64,000 nt of DNA from Eremomyces bilateralis CBS 781.70 (lineage: Eukaryota), in the NCBI GenBank assembly GCA_010015585.1, contig ML975162.1; one strand, given 5' to 3'. The translations under genes and the position numbers were made by a program. The notes below the pieces were generated by a model. It made no database searches. It saw nothing but the letters and a program-made list of their open reading frames with translations, and was not told the DNA's origin. Position 1 is the stretch's first letter. Each line of letters begins with the position of its first letter. Below, in pieces: positions 11,112 to 22,400 of the stretch.

Positions 11112-12892
11112 GTTGTTCTGGACATAGGCCTTTCGAAAGCGAGTCGAGCACTTGAACAAGATCAATAGTGCTAAGTTAACAGCTGGGGCTTTGGGCCTAA
11201 GGTTCCTTGGAGCCAGCTCGTTAGGGGCCGTCGGAGTCGAGTGTAGCGTTCGAATATCGTTCTCCTTGGGAGTGCTTTTCCTTTTATATGCAAAATTGAC
11301 AGCGATGGATGTGGGTTGAGCATCGTCTAACCCGAATAATCCAGGACTCGTATTGTCGGATGAGTGATCGCTCTCTCTTTGGCCAACCTCCTGGATAATT
11401 TCTGCCGCCATCGCATGGGAGTGAAGTGATATTTCAGGAGATATTTGTTCTATCCCCACCGTGCCGCGTTTGACTTGTTTCCGGGTCTGAGGAGATGTAT
11501 CTGGGAATTCAATGCTGCAGTCCGGCGTTGACTCGTCATCGGAACTGGGTTGGAAAATGCTAGGTGGTAACCATAGCGTAGGCATGTTGCCACACTTGTT
11601 GCATACCATCTTCAGTGCAAACGGTTGATTGTCCCGCTTGCGTCGTTTAGTTGCTAGCATTCTCCTGATGTTGAACATCACTGGCTTTAAGGGTAGAACT
11701 TGAGATAGTGATCGCTTCGTTTAGATTGTGTTCAAATCTGTATGGCCCTGCCTAGACTTGCGGCTTCAAGGTGGTGATCACCAGTTGTTAAGGAGAAGGA
11801 GCTGTCTAGTGATAAGGGTTCACCATAAGCAGACGGATATAGATTAAGTGTTAGCCTTTGGGTTGGGTTGTGTTCTGTCGATATGTTTGCTAGCTGAACA
11901 AAGGTAGGGTCATATGGCCCCGTGGAGTCTTGAAGGCGGATTATGATCCTTGGCACCAAAATACTGCTCGATATTTGCAGATGATGAGGTAACCTGCTCA
12001 TCCATGGAGCGAGGAGAGATAATGTGCGGCCGTTTGTATCTACCTGCTTCGCCGCCTACTAACAAAACGCCAGGCTCCAATGAATGCCCGATGCTCTAGC
12101 AATGATTGGGGGGGAACTCAGCAGCGAGACTGGGCAGGAACTAGCAAGTAGACAAGGACAGTGCCGTAAAGGCAGAATGAAGGGAAAGTCTTCATATATC
12201 ATATATGTCAAGGTAAAAGAAATAAGATATGCAAGCAAACAAATACAAACTAATATAGGATATTGTATGCGTGAAGCTAAAGTGTTCAGCAAGGGATGAC
12301 GGAGGAAAAGAAGGAACACTAAATTTTGTGTGAATGTCGGATAACTCTCAAGTAGCAAACCAACCTACCACCTTACGCGGCTAGAGTTACAAAAGAGAAG
12401 GAAGCGGTAGATATTATGTCCTCCTGACTCTTTCGTGATGGTGTTCTAAACAACAAGTATTACAAGTCGAAGCTAAGTGCTGCTTGTGGTTTCGGACAAG
12501 TTGAGTGCAACCTCTAATACAATTGCACTTAAGAAAATGTTCTCATACAGAGAGATTCAAGCACCTCTAATACCAGAGATATATATTTTCCCCATTTGTA
12601 TGTATCATCAAAGTAAGGAGTATAGATGCTGATATGGTCGTATGTGTACACTGTTGATGTCGTCGAAGATTGGAGGTTGAAGGACCAAACGCTAACCTAA
12701 ATGGGGAACTGTATGGGAAGTGCTCAGGGTCCGATATCGTTATGTTGTCATAGCAGATGCCACTATTAACTACTCCGTACTCTTATTCTAACGATTGATA
12801 TCGTCTCCATGTCAATAACATCAATCCGCATTTAGCCAATGCAATTGTACAACCCCTCCTCATAACCTTACCATCCCCCATAAACTACCACA

Positions 12893-13786
12893 ATGTCCAA
12901 ACTCCTCCGCCAACCCGTCACCCTCGCCCTCATCCAACTCGCCTCCACCGCCTCCAAACCTCACAACCTCACCCATGCCCGCTCCCTCGTCCTCCGCGCC
13001 GCCCAACGCGGCGCCCGCATCATCGTCCTCCCCGAATGCTTCAACTCGCCCTACGGCACCAAATACTTCCCCACCTACGCAGAGACCCTCCGCCCCACCC
13101 CGCCGTCCGAGACCGATAGCCCCTCGTACCACGCGCTGAGCAACATGGCGAAGGAGGCGAACTCGTACCTCGTGGGCGGCAGCATCCCGGAATACGACAC
13201 GGAGACGAAGAAGTACTATAACACGAGCTTGACGTTCGGGCCGGCGGGCCAGTTGCTCGCGACGCATCGAAAGGTGCATCTGTTCGACATCGACATCCCG
13301 GGCGGGTTCAAGTTCAAGGAGAGCGAGGTGCTGAGCCCGGGGAATAATGTGACGGTAGTGGACCTGCCGGAGTACGGGAAGCTAGGGATCGCGATCTGCT
13401 ACGACGTGCGGTTTCCGGAGCTGGCGACCATCGCAGCGCGGAAAGGAGCGTTCGCGCTGGTGTATCCCGGGGCGTTTAACATGACGACGGGGCCGATGCA
13501 TTGGGAGCTGCTGGCGCGGGCGCGGGCGACGGATAATCAGGTGTATGTGGGGTTGTGTTCACCGGCGAGGGATGTGGGTGCGGATTACCATGCGTGGGGG
13601 CATACTGTGTTGGTGGATCCGAATGCGGAGGTGATGGAGAGTTTGGGGGCGGAGGAGGGGATTTTGTTTGGAGAGTTGAGGGGGGAGAGGATCGAGGAAG
13701 TGAGGAAGGGAATTCCGTTGTATACGCAACGACGGTTTGATGTGTACCCGGATGTGAGTGAGGGGAAGATAAGGTTTGAAGATTGA
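12893..13786 (+). CDS. NIT3: Nitrilase-superfamily omega-amidase (Nit3/NIT2-like), intronless
   Basis: Catalytic triad motifs LPECFNSPYG (E), HRKVHLFDIDIPG (K) and ICYDVRFPEL (C), plus YPGAFNMTTGPMHWELLARARATDNQ. Confidence 0.93.
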   Translation: MSKLLRQPVTLALIQLASTASKPHNLTHARSLVLRAAQRGARIIVLPECFNSPYGTKYFPTYAETLRPTPPSETDSPSYHALSNMAKEANSYLVGGSIPEYDTETKKYYNTSLTFGPAGQLLATHRKVHLFDIDIPGGFKFKESEVLSPGNNVTVVDLPEYGKLGIAICYDVRFPELATIAARKGAFALVYPGAFNMTTGPMHWELLARARATDNQVYVGLCSPARDVGADYHAWGHTVLVDPNAEVMESLGAEEGILFGELRGERIEEVRKGIPLYTQRRFDVYPDVSEGKIRFED

Positions 13787-14041
13787 CGTGGTTCTCGTTG
13801 CTCGTGTACAGTATGAATTACGAAAATGTATAGACGCGAGTCTAGCTATGTATATGTCCCTTGGTGGCATCAATCATCCAGTTGGATAAAGGAAATGAGG
13901 TATCTTTTTAACCATTCCCGAACCCAGTGATGTCGCACCTCGATATCCCGGCCTGTCGTTATGCTGCGAATGAAAGGCGAACAAAGAAAAGGCACCATGT
14001 TTCTTTCAATCATATCCTCCTTGATCCTTTGCCCGAGTCGG

Positions 14042-15504
14042 CTAGGGAATAACAAATCCCGCCCGCTTGACCCCCGGAGCTGGTGAAATCGAGAAGAAAT
14101 CTCTCGCAGCGTTCGCCACGCCCCAAACGTCTAGTTCTGCTTCCCTGATCTCGCCGCCCATGACGAAGGTACCGCTGTTGGTCATCATAATCCCTGATGG
14201 ACGACGTGGTCCACCCCAATCTTCATCGCCCATTTCGCTCCTCGGTGACGAGGCTGGTGATCGCCGAAACCTCGAGGTAAAGTAGTCTAGCTCCTCGGTA
14301 GCTTTAGGTCTCGGTGGCGTATGCGGACGATACTTCCATTTGCTGGTCGGCGGCAGGTCAGGAGCGAAGTCTAAAAAGCTGAGAGCCTGAACCGTGGCGC
14401 CGCGGGTGGTGGAGGGCCGTTGACTGGGTGTGCGTAGGGGTGTGGGAGTGCTTGGTAGCATGGGGTTGGGTTGGAATTCTTCCATTTCCGTTTGCAGTTG
14501 AAGTAGAGGCCGTGATGGCGTGGGTAGTGCTCGCAATCTTGAGGCGCTTTGGTCCCGGCTTGGGGAAGAGTAGAGGGATGAGATGTGGGAGAGTGACGGC
14601 GTGCGATAATGTGTGGGTGCAGGATCGGTCGACCCGGCGCGATTGATGGCGTCTAGGAAGGAGTGGTTGCTTAGGTTTGGATGAGTGGAAACACTGTTGG
14701 ACAGTGTATCAGGGTGGGCGCCTTGGATGGACGGGGAGCCTCGATTGTGCCCATGCTGTGCACGGGAACGTTTCCGCATGGTGTCGGCAGTCGACTTAGA
14801 CTTGTGCAGTCGTCGTCGCTGGTGAGTTCGGCCTTCACGAGGTGGTGTGGTATACGGAGTGGAGAGTTCTGCTATATGAGGCGCAGGCGGGATGCTCGGC
14901 ATTCCGGATGGGTTGACCATTTCGAACGAGACGCCATGCATCTTGACGATGGTCGGAGACTGAGGCGGTGATGTTGGAGCCATGGTCATGAGTGCGAATG
15001 GGGATGTAGCACTCGGTAAATTAAGTGGTTTATGCATCATGGGAAAGTCGAATGGGATTTCTGTGATTGTCCATATAAATTAATTGGTTCCTGCATTTAA
15101 TGGTAAAATCCTGATTGGAATTTACCTGGTTTCCCCGCGTTGTTGAGCATGCTCCTGTTGAGATCGGCATGACGCGGTGGAAATATATCATCGTTAATAT
15201 TCCCCCAAACAGGCCGGATGGTACCCTCACGATCGAGGTTCGAGTTCGAGCTATCGAAAGCACGAGCCACACCCTCGGCTCTTTTGAAATCGGGCACCGC
15301 TGGTCTTCGTCTTAATCGTTTCATCTCGGGCCGCGGAGGGGATGGAGGCGTTCGCTGCTTGAGACGGTAGTCGTGCACCGAAAGAGCGGATGCTGGTGAA
15401 AAGGGTCGGCCGGCATTCAACGACGTATGTGCCGACGTTGGTCTTCGTGGTGGTTCGAAGGGCGTCGTCGGTCGAGAGGAACCGAATTGGGAACTGGACA
15501 TCAT
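14042..15504 (-). CDS. Hypothetical Ser/Pro/Arg-rich, probably disordered protein, 2 exons
   Basis: ORFs 15097-15504 and 14042-15040 are joined in frame by a 65-nt GT-AG intron at 15061-15125 (…AGKP-E-IPFDFPMMHK…). Confidence 0.65.
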
Positions 15505-16901
15505 ACTCGCCCGAGAATTCCGGACCGATTCATCGGAGAAAAGGCCAAATGCATAAGCCTTGACTCCGATTATGTCTCCTTCTCTTTTGATCGCTATAAA
15601 GAGGAGATTGTGGCCATGAGGAGACTATGAACTCATGAGACTCGTCCAGCTATCAACGATTGTGATGCCACTCACAGTAGGAGATTCATTTGGAGAATAT
15701 TTCGACGTCGGACGAGAAGAAGACATGAGAAGGAGAGGTAGTAACGACAGACAAAAGGGCGGAGGTCAGGGTGTTCGACTCGGTGACACCCTTCCAGACT
15801 CGATCTTTGACGACAGAACACAGAGACAAACAGCGAACTAACACGAGAAGAAGAGACTCAGGATCATTTTGACAATGAACCCCGAATGAAAACCAGAGCA
15901 ACAACGCGTGCATTACCTCGAACCATGTCGCAACACAGAGAAATCGGCCATGCATGTCGTAGACCACCGGGGCATTCGGATCTACCATGCCCTGTATAAG
16001 AGTCCAGTCAAATGCACCGCCCACCTCCCTCCCTCCAAATGAGCCAGAAAATAGGAGGTAAGCGTCATCTCTCCTTTCTGAAAGCAACCCTTCCGGCAGA
16101 AAAGACGGGGCCCGCCCACGCTGCTTCCGCGACGTGCAAGCCGAAAAGTGAAGATGAACAAAATGTGTGGTCAGGTCTCATCCCAGGTTCCTTGCAGGGT
16201 GGTGACCACTTGCGACTGGCGTGCCACGGATCCGTCCAATCAACGGCGCCGGCGGCCAGCGTTACATGGTGGCATGGTCTTGACCGTACGTCGAGCTCCC
16301 ACACGGCCTGATAGGAGGCGAGGGGACGAGCAAATGGGAGGGGAGAAACGCGATGGACGGAAACTAATGCGCGTCACCCGTCCACATGGTGCAAACACTG
16401 CTGCGTGGATGTCCGTATCATCTCAGATTCTAGATTCAAGATGTTTGGGGTGCACAGGATTAGTGAGGTAGATGATGAACAAGTAATAACTCGAACCGAT
16501 GCTGGAGCCGATGGCGTCCCGAAAAGAATGATCTGAGTAGCGAAGTTGGGATTTAGGCCACCAGGCTGTGGTTGCGGATCTAAATTCCTAGCTGGAAATA
16601 GACGAATATGTGCTCGTCCGATCGATCGTCGATCTATGCTTGTTCCACGAGAATGATGACATGATGGGGTAAAACAGCTAATAGGTAACTAAACAACGGT
16701 GACCTAAATAGTTTGAAACAGTTTCCACACCTAAACAATGCATCACCACATGATGATCTCCGCAAGTCCGTAGAAGATATCCAATAATCCAACGCGAAGC
16801 CTGTCCGATGGTAGTGTAGTTGACGACCACCACCCAACCCTAAGCCCCTACCAATGCGTATACCGAATACGCCGATGCCGTTCATGATCCACCCCATTCC
16901 A

Positions 16902-18491
16902 TCATCCCTTTCGTGACCTTTTCCTATCCGTACGTCCGTTCCCATTTACCGCCCGCTCATCGCCACTCGCGACGCCTGTGGACCCCGCGCGCGTCTCACT
17001 CTCGTTCATCCATTCTTTCCCCGTCCCAGGACTCTTCTTCCGGAACTGGCCGGTCCCGATGGCAACAATCTCATCCTCGCTGTCCGCGTTATCCACGTCG
17101 AGGAACACGGGCATCTTGAACTCCTCTTCCCCCGAGACGAGCGCGATCCGCGCCACGTGCCCGGTGAACCGTGTCCCAGCGTCTTCAACCGTCAGGACGT
17201 CCACGTCCTCGTCTTCGCCGTCCAGTCGCCGCTTGTGGATTTCTTCGATCGGCTGGATGTCGAACTCGTCTTCCTTTTCCACGTAGTCGACGTTTTCTTC
17301 GACCTCCACGAAGTCCGGAGCAAGCGCGGACCAGCGCTGCGGGGCGAGGATTGACCATAGGTAGACGCTGCCGGAGTCGAGGCCGACGGCAGCGACAAAT
17401 GGGCGGTAGGGATGCCATTCGACTACGGTTAATTCCTCCTTCGGTCCTTCGAGGATCTTCACTAAGGAACCGAGGGACCGTTCCCAGACGTAGATATCAT
17501 GGTTCATCCATGTGGATGCGGTCACGTACTCACCCGTCGAGCTGAAGGTGACATGATTCCACGACAGCCGGTTCACCAGATCTTGGAATTTATGCTCGAC
17601 CTCCAGATGTAGAGAGTCCCAGTCCAGTGATGGGGATCCGAGGTCGGGTAATTGAAATGTGCGGATGATCCGATCGCTCGAGTTCACCACCATATCTCGC
17701 CCAGACGCGGTGAGCCGTACCAAGATGATAACGGCCTGAGTGACTCGGTTGGAGTACAATGTCTGATACGTTTCCGGATCGATGATGTTCAGCCAGCCTT
17801 TGTTCGTCCCCGAAATGACGTGCGATCCATCTGGTGTGAAGAGTGCGACCGTCGCCGTGTTCTTCGCATCCTGCGCCGCTTGCTTCTCCGTGAGATTATC
17901 CTTCATGGCCTGCGACCGTTTCGGCATCGAGGAGAGCGACACCTTGACAGGGGCGCCGCCTTCGAGACTGACGATCATGGGCTGATCTTCGAAGAGCGCG
18001 GCGACGAAGCGTAGGTGATTCTTGGGGTGAAGTTCGGCCATGAAGACCGGCGCTTCGAACCGGATGGTGCGCACTTTGGTGCCATCTTGGAGATCCCAGA
18101 GGATGCATTTCCAGTCTTGCGAAGCGCTGAGGAGGAATCGATCGTTGGATGACCAGCTGAGGCTTTGGACTTGTTTTGTATGTCCTCGTAGTTTGCAGGC
18201 GACGCCGTTGGTTTCGATGTCGAAGATGACGATTGTCCCCGATAACTTTATGTGGTGTCAGTGTCTTGTGTTCGATACAGTACAGTGAGAGGGGATTGGC
18301 TCACTCTTCCTGAAGCCAGAAGGTCGCCATTGTGATTGAAACGTATGCATGTGGCATGGCCATTCCCTGTAGGCCGGGGGATATCAGCATATGCGCAAGG
18401 ACAATGTGTAGATTTACCCACGTAATGTCTCCGTGAGCGCCTCAGGACAGTCCTGGGCGAGGACGAAGGGGTCCACGAGGGCGAGATTCAT
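16902..18491 (-). CDS. SWD1: Set1/COMPASS WD40 subunit Swd1 (RBBP5 orthologue)
   Basis: Start MNLALVDPFVLAQDCPEALTETL, short 5' exons, WD40 repeats, and the RBBP5-type motif QRWSALAPDFVEVEENVDYVEKEDEFDI. Confidence 0.95.
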
Positions 18492-19400
18492 GGCGATCTG
18501 AAGACCAGGTTGTGTCTCTAAGTCTAGACTTAAGAGCGAGTCTGGTTGGACTCCATTTTGGGAAAGGCTGCTCCACTGCACCAGAAGCGAGTTCGCATAC
18601 CTGCAGTGAATATGCAACTCATTCCAAGTGACAGGTCAAAACTCAAAGTGAATTCACCTGGAGATTCCCTAGTTATTGGCTTGTCGCGTGGTTTAGGTGT
18701 GGCTGGTGCGAGCGCGTCAGGTGTGGCTGACTACTGTGATTCTGATTGGACGGAGCGGCGACTGAACCTAGAATTGAGGCTCCGGTTGAAGCTAAACCTG
18801 ATTGGGCAGGGCTGAAGGCCACAAGGCCACAAGGCGATAAGAAAGTCTCACTGCCAAGCCACTCACTCATTCTCTCTCTCACTTTCACTCATGATTCCCC
18901 TTGCCTCACTTAGCCTTTGTCATTCTTCATCCTCCACCTCCGACCACCATCTCCCTCCAACAACGCGTTCCTCATCGCACTGAACGCGCTCAATCACTCG
19001 TCTATCATTTCTGATCGACGAGAGGGTCTTTTCGAACCGGTCACATCGCCTGCGCACACATCCTGGAGACGACACCCATCGCGAACGAGGTCGGTCGCCT
19101 CATCGACGGTCGCCGCCGCGCGACGTGCGCATCCCGCACCTGAGGAGGGAGTGCTTGTGCCATCCAAGCCACTGCAGGGAAGTGACGAGAAGAAGACGAA
19201 CTGGTGTAGATAGTCGAGGAGTTTCAAGAGTCATTCTCACAAAGTCCCCGAAGGTCGACGCGATCTCCGTCACCACAGTTATCGAACACTGTGCCTTTCA
19301 TTTCACTCTGTCCATCGATAACGACATCCGCACATCGCAAGATCCATCGCCGTTCGCTTCGTTTCAGCTAGAGAAATAACCAAGTCAACAATCATTCAAT

Positions 19401-22400
19401 ATGGCGAACCTCAACTTTGCGTACTCGAGCGCGCCGCTGCGCACGATCCAAGAGATCCAGTTCGGGATCTTCTCACCGGAGGAGATCAAGAATATGAGCG
19501 TTGTCCATGTCTTGTATCCTGAGACAATGGTACGGACACTTTGGTTGATCTCTCTTCTAATGATTTGTTCGCTGACAGTGATTTCCTTGGTCTAGGATGA
19601 ACAACGGTCACGTCCTCGCGAACAAGGTCTCAATGACCCCAAGATGGGCTCCATCGACCGCGGCGTCTCTTGCGCTACGTGCGGTGAGAACATGCAGGAA
19701 TGCTCTGGTCATTTCGGTCATATTGAGCTTGCAACGCCAGTCTTTCATCCTGGTATGACAAGAAACTGCTTGTTCCAATTTTCAAGTGCTAACCACATTC
19801 CTCTACTCAGGGTTTCTTACCAAGGTCAAGAAGCTCCTCGAAATCGTCTGCCACAACTGTGGGAAGATCAAGCTAGATGAGAGCAATCCAGCGTTCAAGG
19901 ATGCTCTCCGTTGGAGGAACCCCAAGAAACGATTCGATGCCATCCACAAAGTTTGCAAGCCGAAAGACATGTGCGAGGTGGATCCGGTCGACATGGACGA
20001 GGGAGATGCTGGTCCTGGAAAGAAGCGAGCTGAGAAGAAGGTTGGCCACGGCGGTTGCGGCAATCGAATGCCCGACGTTCGGCGACAAGGTATGAATCTG
20101 AAAGGCAAATGGAAGCCGGACAAGAGCGAAGATGATGCCGTTGTTCGAGAGGAAGAGATCTCTCCACAATATGCCTTGAACGTCTTCCGAAACCTTACCG
20201 GAGAGACTGTCGACCTCCTTGGACTCAGCAACGAGTATGCTCGTCCTGAGTGGATGATCATCACTGTTCTGCCCGTCCCTCCTCCTCCTGTCCGTCCGAG
20301 TATCTCCGTGGACGGCACTGGCCAAGGCATGCGTGGCGAGGACGATTTGACCTACAAGCTGAGTGATATTGTTCGTTCCAACTCCAACGTCCGCCGCTGT
20401 ATCTCCGAAGGTGCGGCCGATCACGTCGTCCGCGAATTCTGCGGCCTCCTACAGTTCCATGTTGCGACATTCATGCAGAATCCCATTGCGGATATGCCGC
20501 CTGCGGTTCACAAGTCCGGGCGTCCGCTAAAGACCATCCGTTCTAGGTTAAAGGGGAAAGAGGGCCGTATCCGAGGCAATCTCATGGGGAAACGCGTGGA
20601 CTTCTCTGCTCGTACCGTCATTACTGGTGATCCAAATCTGTCTCTCGACGAAGTTGGCGTTCCCCGAAGTATTGCGCGTACTCTCACTTACCCCGAGACG
20701 GTTACACCATTCAATATTGCGAAGCTGACTCAGTTGGTTCGCAATGGCCCGAACGAGCATCCTGGCGCGAAGTACATCATCCGAGACACTGGCGAGCGTA
20801 TCGATCTGCGACATCACAAGCGTGCAGGCGAGATAAATCTGATGCACGGATGGAAGGTCGAGCGCCATATTATCGATGGTGATTACATCCTCTTCAATCG
20901 TCAGCCCTCTTTGCACAAGGAGTCCATGATGGGCCATCGAGTCCGCGTCATGCCATATTCGACGTTCCGTCTCAACCTGTCAGTCACGTCACCGTACAAC
21001 GCCGATTTCGACGGAGATGAAATGAATTTGCACGTTCCTCAGAGCGAGGAAACTCGCGCGGAGATTATGAACCTATGCATGGTTCCCCTCCAGATCGTCT
21101 CACCGCAAAAGAACGGTCCGCTTATGGGCATTGTCCAGGATTCTCTCTGCGGGATCTACAAAATTACTCGTCGCGATGTGTTCCTGGACAAGGAGCAAGT
21201 CCAGAATCTTCTCCTGCATGTCCCCGGTTGGGATGGCACCATTCCGCACCCTTCGATCATCAAGCCGCAGCCGAGATGGACTGGCAAGCAGCTCATCAGC
21301 CTTACCTTCCCGGATGGCCTGAACCTGTTCACTGGAAGCGGTGAAGGCAGGTGTCCACTCAACGACGAAGGTCTCATGGTTCACGGTGGCGAGCTTATGT
21401 ATGGCATGTTGTCCAAAAAAGCTGCCGGGTCCACGCCTGCTGGTATCATCCACGTTATCTACAACGAGCACGGTCCTGAAGTGGCGGTCAACTTTTTCAA
21501 TGGCGTGCAGCGAATTGTCAACTACTGGCTTCTGCACAACGGCTTCAGCATCGGGATTGGTGACACTGTACCGGGTGCCAAGCTTGCGCAGGACATTCAA
21601 GACGTCATCAACGAACAGAAGGTCGAGGTCGAGGAGATTACTCGGGCTGCTACCGCCAATGAACTGGAGACGCTCCCCGGTATGAATATTCGCAAGTCCT
21701 TCGAGAGCAAGGTGTTCAAGGAATTGAACGGCGCTCGTGATAGAGCGGGTGGCATAACTGAGAAGGCTTTGAAGGACCTCAACAACGCGCGAACCATGGC
21801 CATGTCTGGTTCCAAGGGTTCTGCTATCAACATTTCTCAGATGACGGCTCTTGTCGGTCAGCAGTCCGTGGAAGGATCGCGTATTCCTTTCGGCTTCAAG
21901 TATCGCACCCTGCCGCATTTCACCAAGGATGACTACTCACCGTCGTCTCGTGGGTTCGTCGAGAACTCCTATCTACGTGGGCTTACGCCTTCTGAGTTCT
22001 TTTTCCACGCCATGGCTGGTCGTGAAGGTCTTATCGACACCGCAGTGAAAACTGCAGAGACTGGATACATCCAGCGTCGTCTTGTCAAGGCTCTCGAGGA
22101 TGTTTCGGTCCGGTATGATGGAACTGTGCGCAACTCTCTGGGCGACATCGTTCAGTTCATCTACGGAGAGGATGGCCTTGACGGTGCACATATCGAACGC
22201 CAGGCCGTTGACTTCATTGTCTGCTCTGATCAGGCTTTCGAGAAGAAATTCCGCGTCGATGTCATGGATCCCAAGTTGTCTCTTGGCACGGACGTTCTTG
22301 AGCAGGCCAACGAGATCCGCGGTGATATCGAAGTTCAGCGATGGTTCGATGCGGAGTATGAAGCCCTCCTTGCCGATCGAGCGTTCCTTCGTGAGGGCAA

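Noticed and set aside
12545..12562. TACAGAGAGATT resembling the U6 snRNA ACAGAGA box
   Set aside because: Flanking U6 sequence (ATTAGCATGG, 5' stem) is absent.
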